Source of the DNA: Cenococcum geophilum
Taxonomy: Eukaryota
DNA: 64,000 nt
Direction: 5' to 3'
NCBI GenBank assembly: GCA_050273025.1
Contig: CP158636.1
Coordinates: 4,154,001-4,218,000, forward strand
The stretch's first letter is position 1, and every line of letters begins with the position of its first letter. Shown one piece after another: positions 1-12,385 of this stretch. The notes under the pieces are model-generated. The model searched no databases. It was not told the DNA's origin and worked only from the letters and a program-made list of their open reading frames with translations. The position numbers were made by a program, and so were the translations under genes.

Positions 1-492
1 CCGGCGGCGCTATGCTTACGATTTATAATTAATTAGAAGTTAAGAAGACGGCGAGTTACAGGCTAAACAAATTAAAATTAAATAGGAAGGGAAATCTAGT
101 GTCCTACCTTAGTAGGAACTCCTACCTTTATAGATCTCTATAAGGTCCTATTATTATATTATCCTATCATTACATTATCTAATTCACTTAAATTTATCAA
201 AAACTTTTTATTTAGAGAAGGGCAATAATAGCACTCCTATTGTATAATAGCGTCGGCTGAGGACAGCCGCTTAAGAAGGGGGGGGCAATTATTAGGCTAT
301 AGAGACGTACTGGCCGTAACCGGCTTAGCGTAGGCGAGGCGCAGGCAAGGCGCCTATAAAACGTAGTCGCCCCGTATTAGAGAATAGCAGAATTCAGTTC
401 TATAGTTCTACTTCATTAAGAACCAGATACTCTTTGCATCCTATTACTGTTGTTATGTTACTATATGCCCTAAGGACCTTGGCGTCCTAATA
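1..492 (+). mobile_element. 3' end (PPT + 3' LTR) of an LTR retrotransposon inserted into Gypsy family A copy 1
   Basis: Polypurine tract AAGAAGGGGGGGG at 273-285 precedes an LTR at 290-492 with RIPed inverted ends TATTAGG...CCTAATA (= TGTTAGG...CCTAACA). Sequence from 493 resumes family A integrase, matching about 44549 onward. Confidence 0.8.
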
Positions 493-3400
493 GCTATAGT
501 TTGCAAAAAATGGGGAGATGCTTATACTCTCGTTAACTTAGTTATTTATAGTAAACTTAGTAAGCGGTAGGTAGTTAACCTAGTCGTCCTATATAAAGCT
601 AATAAAAGTATAGAGGTATTTATTTACAGCAGCGTTAATAATTTTAGTTTAGCCGTCTATTTTTAAGTACTAGGTTAAGCCTAGTTACAAGGTTATCTTA
701 AGGCGTTTACTTAATTATTGCTAGAAGTTACTAACAAATTATACTTAGTATACTATAGAGCTTATATACGTTATTAACAAAGCTATTAACTAGCTCCTCT
801 ATTAAGAGTCCTATTACTAAAATAAGGTATTATATTTTAGTTAGGCGGTCTATAATAATAAAGATATATTTATATACCTTGCTATAGTATTAGCATACTA
901 GCAGCGTTATAATATAGTTAATTAAGATATCGGTCTACAGGTAGGTAGGTAATTTTAGTAGCTTTAAGAAACCAGGTGGGGTAGAATGGGGGGTCTTAGT
1001 ACGAAAGTATAGGGTATAGTCTTTAACGAAGGTAGCCGTAAACTAGGAGATTTCTAGCTACTAGTATATTTGGTTTAAGAGGTTAAAAGTCTTAACCTAG
1101 CTAGGGTAACTAGCGGGGCCGCTACTATAAGAGCGATAGGTAACTTCTAGGCGGAGGTCTAGGGTATTAGGGACAAAGAGGCATTAGCGGAAGTAGATCT
1201 GTTTATTAATAATACTATTTCTAACTTATTATAATAAAGTAATTTCCTAATCTTCTTTAGCTAATGGCAAGCTTTCTAATTACGTAGGGCTGCTATTATA
1301 TCTCTTGCGAGTTCGTTCTCCTAGTATTTTAGCTAAATTAACTTATCTAGTAACTTTTTAGCTATTTTAGGGTCTAGAGCGGCTATAAACTTTACGTTAT
1401 TAGAGTTACGGGACTTATATAGTAATTCTTCTAAGATTATAAAGTTAACTTTTTGGGGCGGTATAATGACTTAGGCTTAGTAGCGGAGGCGTTTATTATT
1501 GGCGTGCTTAGGCCTTATTCCTAGTAGCCAGCTTAGGGCGTTAGGGAGCGTGGCTTTGCTGCTAGGTCTGTATATAATTATAAAGTTAAACTATAAAAGA
1601 AACTCTACCTACTAGACTTAGCGCTAGTTTAGCTGCTTAGCAGTTATAAACGTCTATAGGTTCTTATAGTCGGTAATAATTTTAAACGGCTCCTTAGTCC
1701 CTTATAGCTTAGGACGCTATTCCTTTAAAGCCTTAATAATAGCTAAGAGTTCTTTATTATAGATCTTATAGTTATACTCTAGCGTAAAAGTGCTTTGCGG
1801 AGAAGAATGCGACTAATCTTAATTTTCTATTATTATTATACTGAGAAAGGACTCCACTAGAAGCCTAATTTAATGCATTTATCTCTACCACTGTTTTCTT
1901 CGTATAGTTATAGTATGCTAGTACTAGTGCTAAAGTAAAGGCTCCCTTAAGGGCCTTAAACGATTTAGCTTATTTTAGTCCCTATAGCTATCTAATATCC
2001 TTCTTTAGGAGTTTTATTATAGGTGTAGCAATAGCAGAGTAGCCTTAAATAAATCGTTAGTAGAAGTTCGCGAAGCTAAGAAATTATTATAGTTCTTTAA
2101 TTAATATTAGGTCCTTTTATTCCTATAAGGCCTATACCTTCTTAGGGTCTATAGTTAAAAAAAGGAAGAGAAGTGCTTTTTCAATTTCTAAGTAAGACAG
2201 GGATAGCTACTGGAAAGTGGCTAATAGCAGAAGGATCTTTAGAAGGTAACCCCTACTAGAATCTAAGTAAATAAATAATAGTGAGCAAAAGAACAGAAAC
2301 AAAATACAAAAAGGACAGGGACAGGCGTTAGGATTTCTTATATTTCACTAATTTTCTACTGTTTCTTACTACCTAATAGTTGTCAGCAACCTAGTGTTTA
2401 TTAGGGAGCGGTAAACCTCTAGCTTAGAGGCTTATAAACTATTAGGACATAGTTACTAGTATATGTTAAGCTGCCTAGAAAGGATTCATGTATATAGGAC
2501 TATAGCGCCATAGCCTAGAGGCTGCATGCGCAGTATTGTACGTAGTATAATACAAATGATTTAAAAAAAAATAAAAAAAAGGGTCTATAGTTATACCATT
2601 AGTTAAGATAATTAAGCCGAGGTATTTTGTTTTAGTAGAGTAGAACTTAAACTTATTAATATTAATCTAAAGTCTAGCATTACCGAGTCTTTAGATAACT
2701 TTATTTATATACTTAGTATGCTTAGCGCGTGTTTTAAAAAAGATAAGGATATCGTTAAGGTAGGCAGTATAGTAGTCGTTAAGGGCGTTATATAGAATAT
2801 AGTTAATATAGTTTTAAAACGTAGTGGGTGCGTTATAAAGGCCGAATAATATAACTAGTATCTTATAGAGTCCGAACCGGGTAATAAATACTATAAGCTA
2901 TTTATAGTCCTCTATAATCCGGATCCGGTTAAACGCAGCAATTATATTAAGTTTAGTAAAGTACTTAGCACTATAAAGTGCGTTAAGTATCTTATAGATT
3001 AGTGGTAGTAGGTATTAATTCTTAATAGTAACTATGTTTAGGCCTTAGTAGTTATAGTAGATTTATATACTACCACTAGGCTTAGTAGTAAGGAGAAGTA
3101 GTATAGTAGCTAGTAGGTTAATTTACGGATAAAACCCTTATTTAGTATCTTATTAATCCACTTCTTTACACACCTAAGTTTAGCAGGTAAGAGTGGTCTA
3201 TTTTTATAGTATAGGGCCTAGTTTTTAGGGGTGATCTTAATTTTATAGTCCTATGGTTGGTAAGAGGGCAGCTTATCTACGTTTTTAGGAAGGAAGTGCT
3301 TAATATATTTACTAAACTCCTTTAGTAGGCGTTATAGAATATCTTCGCAGGTTAATCCTAGTTTACCTTTTAGGAATTTTTTAATATTAGTGTCGACTAT

Positions 3401-6400
3401 CTTCTAATATAAAAGCTTAGGTTTAGTTTTTAGATTTATCTTAAGGAAGTTATAGAAATAGGGGGGGAATACTTTACGGGCTTTCTTTATTATATAGTCG
3501 CCTTCTACTAGCTAGCGGAAAGACCTTTCTAATAGGTTTAGTACTTCTATTAGGCCTATAGGCAGCTCTTTAAGCAGCTATTAGTGCTTATCTTGTTTAA
3601 CTAGTTCTACTAGCTTCGCTATATAAATCCTTATTGCCTTTACGTCTTTTTATTTATAGAACTAGGTAAAATTAATAGTATAAGTATATTTAATATCGTC
3701 TAGGTTAGGGCGTATTTAGTTCTCCGGTGCTATAGCTGGGCTAGTATAGCTTAGTCGGCCAGGGGGGCGGAAATAAGGCGGTGGCCTTATATAGTACGCG
3801 CGGGAGATAAGTATAAGGTTAGGCGTTATAGTGGCGCGGTTTCTATTATTTAGGTCTTAGTAGTTCTATAGCCAGTCCTTACTATAATATAAGCTATAGT
3901 ATGCGTATATAGTATATGGCTTAGTTCTAGGTATTAGGCTAGGCGGCTAGGGTTTAAGTAATATCTAAGTTAGGGTTAGATTCTTAGTAGTAGCGGCGTA
4001 AAGCGGACCTTCTTCCTTAGTCTTAGTAGGGCTGGCTAGCCCATTATTTTAGTCTTAAGTGCTAGGGTAGTCCAGTCTTTTACTATCTTGTTTCTTTACA
4101 GCTATATAGGCTCCCCTTTATTAGGAACGTCTTTTACTATTAGGGCTTTATATATAGTCCTAGGCACCAGGCTTAGTAGTGCTAAGTATCTATATAGGGC
4201 GTCCCTACTAACGTCGGTTATCCCCTACGGGAGGTAGTGCCTAAAGTAGTAGTCTAAGTTAAAGTGGATTTTAAGTTTCCTAAAGCTGGGATAGGGCTTA
4301 TACTTCTAAAGCTAGGGTATACTTAGGATAATTAGGGTAGCGGGCGAGAGTTTAGTAATAAAAAAGAGTATGGCTTTAATATAGAGGCCGATTAATATTT
4401 AGGCGGTAAAGTAGTCTATAATAAGCGAAGTTAAAATACTATCTGTAAGGCGTAGTGGCCTAGGTGCTAGCAGCTTTTTAGTTATAACATTATACTTTCT
4501 TATAATAGACTCTACGTTAGTAAATACTATTATAATACTACTAGAGTCCACTAGGCTTACTATATTAATATAAACTTAGGGGTATAGGTTATATAATAAG
4601 GAGAGTTAGGTTTAAATAAGGATTAATTTCTTATTACTATTTGCTAATCTAAGATTAAGTAGCAGTTTACTAATAGAAAGGACTAATTAATCTAGTAATA
4701 GGGACCTAATCTTCTTGTCTTCCTCCTTATATAGTTTAGACCCTTAGGCGCGACTTAGTTTAAGGGTTTACCTTTTAATAACTAGGGTATAAGGCTGTCT
4801 TAGTGGGGTAGTCTAGTGTCCGTCTAGCTGGCGGTATTAGTATTAGTTTTAGTTAGGGTATAGGAAGACGATACTTCGCTAATAACGTAGCCGTGTTCGT
4901 ATTCGCTAGCGCGAAGTTGCTAATACTAGGCGTTATTAACCGGTTGGGCTCCTATATAGGGTATAGTTTAAAGTAACTAAGCCATAGGGTTAAAGGGGGG
5001 GGTCGTCTACCGCGGCTATAATAGGCTCTACGGTCGCCGCGTCTATAATAGACTCTACAGTTACCGCGTCTATAGTTATTAGTTCGCGTTATTTAACGGG
5101 GTAGTATTAGGACTAGGTTTGCTATCTTAGCAGGGTTATAAACATCCTTTTAGTGGCTAGGTAGGCTATAGGCAAGGTATAGTCTATTATTAACGCGGCG
5201 CTTACGCTCCGTATTTAAGATTCTATTAAGGTCTATAGGTTCTTTAGTTACTATTAGGGTTAGGGTTAATATAGGGGCAGGGGCTTAGGCAGGTAGGTGG
5301 TGGTTAGCATTCTTCTTAAGGTTGCCTTAGTATATATAGTTCACAAGGTTTTTAGTAAACACATCTATCTGCTTACTCTAACCTGTATAGTCGCTGTTAT
5401 TAATTTTATAGGCGAGTTTAAGTACCAGCTCTTCTATCTTTAGAGAGATAAACTTTTAAAGTAGGTCCACCTTCTATTTATCTATTTTCTTAGCGCGGAC
5501 TATTAGCTTATTAAGCTCTCCCTTTTAGGACTAGTAATTACGCTCGCCCTAGGGGAAATAGTTAAGCTTATTCTTTACAACCTAGGTTATATTAAGGACC
5601 TTATAGTAAGTAGTAAGGTCTTTAAGCATATCTTTTTTAATAGGCCATTTCTACGTAGATATGTTGTTTGGGTTCTTATATATAAGCTCTAGGCCCTACT
5701 TAATAAACTTATAGGCCTTATTTTTTAGTATATCCGAGATATAAAGGATCTAGGACTAAACTATATTAAAGTAATCCCAGTCCTAGTTAAAGACTCCCTT
5801 AATCTTAATATACCAGGTTTTAAAATTAGCTTATTATTCTAGTAGGGTGCCTTTTCCGCTAAATATTAGCAGGTCTTTAGATCTCCATTTTTTTACTAGG
5901 TTACTACTATTATTATAAGGGTTAATTGTTTTAAAACGGTAATAGTCTCTGCCTAAGAGTTAATAGTTCCTATCTAGAAAGCGATAAGGGCACTAAGGTT
6001 TTTATTAGCTTTCTTATTAGCGGTGTTTATATTATATATACACTATAGTCCTACTTTAATATTATTAAGGAACTCATTGGTATAGTTAATAAGGGTAAGG
6101 TAAGCTTTGCTAGGCTTAAAGGTCTTAGGGTATAGTAGGGAGCAGCGGATTATCTACGCGATATTAGGGTATATCTCTATAAAGAGGTCTATAAAGACAT
6201 CGCGGGGGTTCTAGGTTTTAGCCATTTTGGCGTCGTTAGTGTCGCCTATCTAAATACTAGGTAAAAACTAAGGATCGTTTTAGGACTGTGTTGGGGATGT
6301 ATTAGTTTCAGTAAAGGCGCGTATGGGTCGCGATTGCTTTAGGGTAGAGGTTAATTGGCTGGGGTATAGGGAATCAGTAATCGCAACGGGGCGTAAATTA

Positions 6401-6601
6401 AAGATACTATAAACTATTATAGTGCTGTAATAAAGTAGACTAAATAACTACGTTGTAGTATAAAGAGGGGAAGAAGGTGGAAAGGGGGTATTATATATAA
6501 ATAGTAGGGCCGGCCGCTAAGTCGCTAGTAGTAGGCTAGCTAATAGTAGGAAATAGTATAAGACAGTATGAAACAGTATACGTTAGGTCAGTGCCGTAAT
6601 A
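493..6601 (-). mobile_element. Ty3/Gypsy LTR retrotransposon family A, copy 1 (RIP-inactivated; 3' end outside window)
   Basis: Collinear with about 44549-50248. 187-bp LTR at 6415-6601; gag ATG near 6225; RT TAYL(D)DILI near 2750-2770; RNase H YDKELLAII near 1735-1765; integrase zinc-finger region near 760-900. Confidence 0.93.
2158..2579 (+). mobile_element. 5'-truncated LINE (Tad1-like) 3' fragment with poly(A) tail
   Basis: Absent from the sister copy (about 46223-46236). Flanked by a 14-bp TSD AGGGTCTATAGTTA (2144-2157 and 2580-2593), ends in an A-tail, and begins with a LINE ORF2 C-terminus-like frame KGREVLFQFLSKTGIATGKWL. Confidence 0.85.
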
Positions 6602-6874
6602 TAGGGGATTATAAGAAAGGATTACAAATTATAAATTATAGATTATATTTTAATAGTTAAAGACAACGGTAAGCTAAGGCCCTATATATTAAATCCTATA
6701 CTAAAAGGTTCTATAGAACTATACTAGAAATACTAAATTACCTATAAAAAAAACTTATAATTAATTATAAACTAATATAGAGACTTAAAAGTAAAGTTAT
6801 ATAAAAACCCTTAGGTAGTTACTAGTATACTTTTAGTAGGCTTTTAATAGATCTTTTAATAATCTTTATATCTT

Positions 6875-7495
6875 TTTATAAGGGGACTTTATAAATAGGG
6901 GGCTATAAGGCATAATTATAGATATAGATAGATTATAGAGAAGATAAATCTTTAAGGAGGTAAGGCCTTTAAAATTATGGAGACTATATACTATAGGTAT
7001 ATACCTCTAGTACGTAACCAATGGCTATTTAAGGGGTATTTAGGGGTTGTTTTAAGGGTAACTTAAGGTAACCATAATAATATCCCTTATACTTTTCTCT
7101 AGTTATATTTTTTTCCTTATTAAGGTTTTTAGAAGTTTAAAGTAGAGGTTAGATAGATAGATAATATATACTAGTATACTAATATCTCTCTAAACCCCTT
7201 TTAGGATAAGCCCTTATAATCTCCCTTTACTATAAGGTAATAGTAATTAGAGGCTAACTATAAGAGGGGGAGGCAATATAAGGGATATTATTGCGGTTAC
7301 CTTAGGTTACCCTTATAGCAACCCTTAGATACCCTTTAAATAGTCGCTAGTTATATACTAGAGGTATATACTTATAATATATAGTCTTTATAATCTTAGA
7401 GGCCTTACCTTTTTAAGGATTTATCTTCTCTACAATCTATTCTATTCTATAATTATGCCTTATAGCCCTCTATTTACAAAGTCCCCTTATATAGA
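6875..7495. repeat. Long imperfect inverted repeat (about 215-bp arms, about 185-bp spacer); foldback/MITE-like
   Basis: About 6875-7092 (TATAAGGGGACTTT...ATATCCCTTATA) is the reverse complement of about 7276-7495 (TATAAGGGATATT...AAAGTCCCCTTATA). Most mismatches are transitions. Confidence 0.8.
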
Positions 7496-7499
7496 GCTC

Positions 7500-8369
7500 T
7501 TATAAGGTTTAATTTAGTAGTTATAAAAGGGGATAAGGAGTCGCCTAAGGGAGGGTATTCTATTTAATCTTACCTTAAATCTGTAAGCCTAATTTCTAAT
7601 TTATATAAGATAATACTCTAATATATAAATTGAAGCTTATAGCTAAGTAATTTAAAAAAAAACCGTTATAAACGTAATTAATTAGTTGCCCTATTCGCCT
7701 AACTATATTCTTTTAAATATGCTTAGTGTCGGACGGACAAGTCACTTATAAGAACTCTATCGATTAAAGCTGGCTCTAAAAGCTCTCTATATATATAAGG
7801 TAGGGGCAAAAGATTGATAACGACACTGATGACGACACTGACGACGATTTGGAACTATTACTCAATCGCTATAAGGTCGGTATTGCCACTTAGTCGGTAA
7901 TAGGTAATGAATAGGTAATAGAAAATAGATAGTAACATATACGATGGCAAAACAGAGTGTAAGTTATAAGGTGGTACTTGACAGTGACCTTAACGTTTAA
8001 CACTTAGATATAACTTAAAAAGCGGCTCTATAAATAATTTCTAAAGATTATATATATATGCGGCTCTAAAGAGGAGGTAATTAACAAGCTATTTAAGGCC
8101 TAAGTAATTTACTAGAATAAGATAGCTCTTGCCTTTTTAAGTTTTTAATTAATAGTATAGAAGAGAGATATAAGGCTATAGTTAATGCCAAGGGGTGGCA
8201 CACTAGATTTTAAATACTAAAAAAGTATCGCGATTACCAGATTATATATCTATAAGTAGCTTTAGATTTTTTAAGGCTCTGGAATTATTATGTGACTTTT
8301 ACATAGTATTTTGGCCGGGGGTGTTATTTTTTGGTGTGGCCTCGGCCGGACACTTTTGATAAGGTACTG
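7500..8369 (+). mobile_element. Tc1/mariner (impala-like) DNA transposon, 3' remnant
   Basis: RIP-corrected W.PYSPD...EHAW..LKKRL across the solo-LTR insertion, and C-terminus LIDSMEERCKAVVNAKGWHTRF* near 8150-8213. Right TIR CCGGACACTTTTGATAAGGTACTG ends at 8369. Left boundary uncertain. Confidence 0.8.
7727..8002. mobile_element. Solo LTR
   Basis: TGTCGGACG...CGTTTAACA termini with 5-bp TSD CTTAG (7722-7726, 8003-8007). Its removal rejoins the Tc1 transposase motif. Confidence 0.85.
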
Positions 8370-9010
8370 CATTTATCCACTAAATTCCCTTTAGCTACTA
8401 AGTTATTGCTTAGTAGTAGACTGTTCACACAAAAATGATTTAAAAGGAAACTTTACTATTCCCAGGCCCGAACCTACCAATGAAAACATTATGGCCATTA
8501 GATACTTAGAGTTATAAGAAAGTTGGAGATTAAGGATATCTGTTTAGTTTAGCGCAACTACACCGCCTCGGCGCATCCAGTTGAAAGCGTATGTTAATTA
8601 CGCTAACTAAAATGCGTACATTTATACCCAAAAGTAGGTAAAAATACGTTAAAATGGCCGTGCTCTGCCGATTGATTACTAAGATTAACACGCGCTTTTA
8701 ATTGGAGTTGATAAGGTAGTGTAGAAGCAACAATATTTCCGCCCTTTTAGCGCCCTTTTATTACCCTTTTCCTTACTTTTTTATTCACACTTGCCTTATA
8801 TAGTTAGGGTTCTAAACTATAAATAACTTAAATCTAAAGACGATTTAGCTGAGTATTTTGCGGCTAATATCGTAAATATATTAGAAATTTAGTATAAAAT
8901 GCTTTCCAAAATATTACTTCCTCCTTAAAGCTATTCTTTAAAAAGGATTAAGTTATTATAGCTTAAGCTAAGCCGTTTAGAGAGTAAAAGCAAGTATAAT
9001 TTACTTAAAA

Positions 9011-10649
9011 ATGAAGTCAGACACCTATATGACGGTAGAGTTTAATCAGCTTATGTAAAAGATTATTAAAGACTGGAAAGTACCTAGGGTTGCAATTGAT
9101 ATAGTTTATAAGGATAAAATCTTTATTAAGGTATTTTTATTATTGAATCCTAATCCTAAGTATAGTATAGTTAAGGTTAAATATTCTAGCTCGCAGGGTT
9201 ATAGGCTAGCATCTTGCTTAGGAGACTAAGTAACCGCTAATACTTTCTTCGACTATGCTAGTATATTAAAGTCCCTCATAGCAGCAGCAGTCTCTCTGCT
9301 TGTTGACAATAATAAGAAATATCCGGAAGTTGATTGGAGTACGCTAGTTTTAAGACTATTGCGGGACGATTTTGTACTTAAGGACCCCTATACTACCGAG
9401 AATATTACTGTTAAGGATATTTTAAGCCATCGCAGTAGAATGCCTAGGTTAGAATGTACCTATTATATAGTAGCAATATTACCGTTTATTATCCTAGCTA
9501 ATACCCTTTTTTTATAGGCATAATAAATCATACTTAGGTATCTATACGGTAGTTCCGGATAGTCCGAAGTCTATTATACGGAATCTCTAAAACCTGCCCC
9601 TTAGTCGGCCACTAAGAACTGAATATTAATACTACAATATAATATATACTATGGCTAATTACTTGGTGGAAACTTTAAGCGGAGAGTTGTTTACCAATTT
9701 CTTAAATAATAGAATCTGGAAGCCTCTAGGTATGTTAAATACGTACCTTAATATGCCTGGCGTTAAAAAAAGTAATATAACAGATAAGATGGCAAAAGGT
9801 TATTGATAGGACGAGAAAATAGAGCGTTATATTAAAATCCTAGCGTTTAAACAGCCTAAAGGACAGGAAGCGGGCTGCGTTTTTAGTAGTATAAGAGACT
9901 ACGTAAAATGGATCCACGCTATAATTAAATATGCGGGTCTAATATTTAAGGCCGTATATAAGGAGCTGGTAAAGCTAAGAATTATTGCCGATTTATATAA
10001 TGACGAGCAAAAGCCATTCTATAGCCACTGGTCTTATATATTAGGCTAGGGATTAGAAATATATAGAGGCTATATAGTAATTGGCTATAATAGGAATGTT
10101 AGCAGGTTTGGCAGTCTAATGTAATATATACTAGAGATAGAGTGGGGGATTATAATTTTTAGCAACTTAAATGGGGCTAATAATGCTGCAGAAATCCTTT
10201 ATTGGCATCTAATTAATACTATACTCGGCACACCTTTACTAGAGCGATTTAACTATAATACCTTCCTATGGAATTAAGTAAAAGAGTTAAAAGAGAAGAA
10301 AGGAAAAAATCCGTATTCTAAGCGGCCTGCTTTAGCACTAGCACTTAGTGTCCTAATTAATTTATATGCGGGTAGGTATTGTAATATTAAATACTATAAC
10401 CTACTTATAGAAATTATAGATGGAAAGCTCTAAGCAGACGTATCTAATAGATGTTTTAGGTTTGTACTGTCTTTTAAATACGTATCTAGAGAGTTCTTTA
10501 TAGCGGACTTGCTAGATATATTTAATAATAGCAAGCAAAGGCTAAGGGCTGAGTTTAAAATCGACTTTAGCGGAATTATACGTAATCTAGGTATAGGTAT
10601 TATAGAGGAGATAAAAGACTTATTAATTTGGTTTATAAGGGTCTTATAA
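9011..10649 (+). pseudogene. RIP-inactivated beta-lactamase/peptidase S12-family serine hydrolase
   Basis: MKSDTY...DWKVP(G)VAI, intron about 9131-9196, then FD(C)AS(MS)KSL (SxxK motif), TV(E)DILSHRS(G)MPR, later Y(C)N (YxN) and G(H)(D)(G). Many in-frame TAA/TAG. Confidence 0.88.
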
Positions 10650-12385
10650 GTACCTAGTAGCTAAAATTTCTGATAATTACCTGTTTAATTATAATTCGTT
10701 TTAATATTTATGCTTTGTTCTAGGGTCTTATTTCTCCTCATTGTTAGCTTCTTCGGAGCCGGGTAATTGATATTGACTAGCATTTCCGTTTACCCTAGTC
10801 CTTAATAAATTTCCCGAATAAGAATGGGTAGAAAGGTTTCTAGGCTTATAATAAAGTGGTTAAGCTATTAAGCGCGTAGTATAAGACATCCTCGCATGGC
10901 AGCTCCCTAGCCTATTCTATCCCTTATAACGTCAGGGTCCTTAGAGCAAATAGTCCGTATAGGAACACCGTTTTTAAAATAACGCGTATATCTATATAGA
11001 ATTTAATTATTAATTACACCTATATATAATAAACCGTTTTATAGGAAGGACGACTACTAGAGGCCTTATATTGAGCGACTTAACTCCAAAAATTAATCGA
11101 TAACGTAAGGACCCGATTTGACGTTGTAAGGGATATACTATATAACGTATTAATATAATCCTATTAGACGTCATTATTGTGATCGCACTACCCCCCTAGG
11201 GGGAGTCTCGGCGCATTTTATGTATATTTATTATCTTATACGCGTATTCAATCATATTAAATAAGGGTAGCAGACTTACTTTAATCCCACTAAGCCACGC
11301 GGCGATTTAGTTATTAGTATATTAGGCTTTAAATTAAAATTAAGATTAGTCTATAGGCAGATCCTAAGCAGAGAGCTCTATATTAAAGCCCTACAGTCTA
11401 AATAGCACTAGATTTATAACCAATATAATCTTAATTGCTAACTATAAAAGATATTAAAAGCCTTTAAGCCAACAGTTTCTAAATTAGGGGCTTCTAAATT
11501 AAAAGCTTATAAATCTACGGCGTCCAAATCAAATCCGGGCTTGAAATTGGAGCTTTAAATCGAAGCTTTAAATAGTGGCTCGAATAGAGCGTTGATCACG
11601 ATATTTTAATTAGGCGAGGTTTAGGTTAGCGGTTTAGTACATTTAGTCCGCTATAGGAACTATAGCTTTAAAAATCGTGGTGATCAATTTAGTTAGGTAG
11701 CTAGGTTTAGGGGGTAGCTAAGGTCTAAGGGCCGAGCTTAATACAATTTTGAGGCCTTAGAAAGGGGAATTAAATATTATTTAAAAACAACCGCTATTAT
11801 ACATCTTTAGTATCTATCCTCTGATCATTTCCTAGCCTTTTCTAATACTCCTAAAATACCTCTATCTGCAGAAAGACTATAAGTTAGTTTACTATTTTGG
11901 TATATTAGACTTTAGAATTGGGAAGTATATCGGCAAGTTTAAAGGCTTCCCCCGAATTACTTTCCTAAGCCGCTTGGTCCCTAAAGAACATTAACTAACT
12001 TACCTCCTTCTTACACGCTCTCCAATCTTTCGTATTATAGTAATAATCTATTATCTTCGCATTTTTAACTATACCCTAGTTTAGAAATACGCAGATATAT
12101 ATTAATATTTCCTACCTAAACAGCCGGTGCTAAAAATTCTCTTATCCCTATTATAGTCTATTAGTTTTCTAATCTTTATAAATTACGTATACTGCTAATT
12201 ACATTTACTACTTATCCGGCTCATTATCCTTATTAACTGCTTAGGTAACACTTAATTTTTTCTCATTATTTAATATCTTTGTTCGTGATTTCCAGTGTTA
12301 TTAGGCGAGTTCTTAAGAAGCGCTTAGTTGTAAAAATCTGCTCTCAGCTAAAGCTCGGCAGTGCACTTTAATATTATAAATAGCA

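Noticed and set aside
11590..11690. Short inverted repeat TTGATCAC...GTGATCAA
   Set aside because: Too short, with no TSD or second copy in the window.
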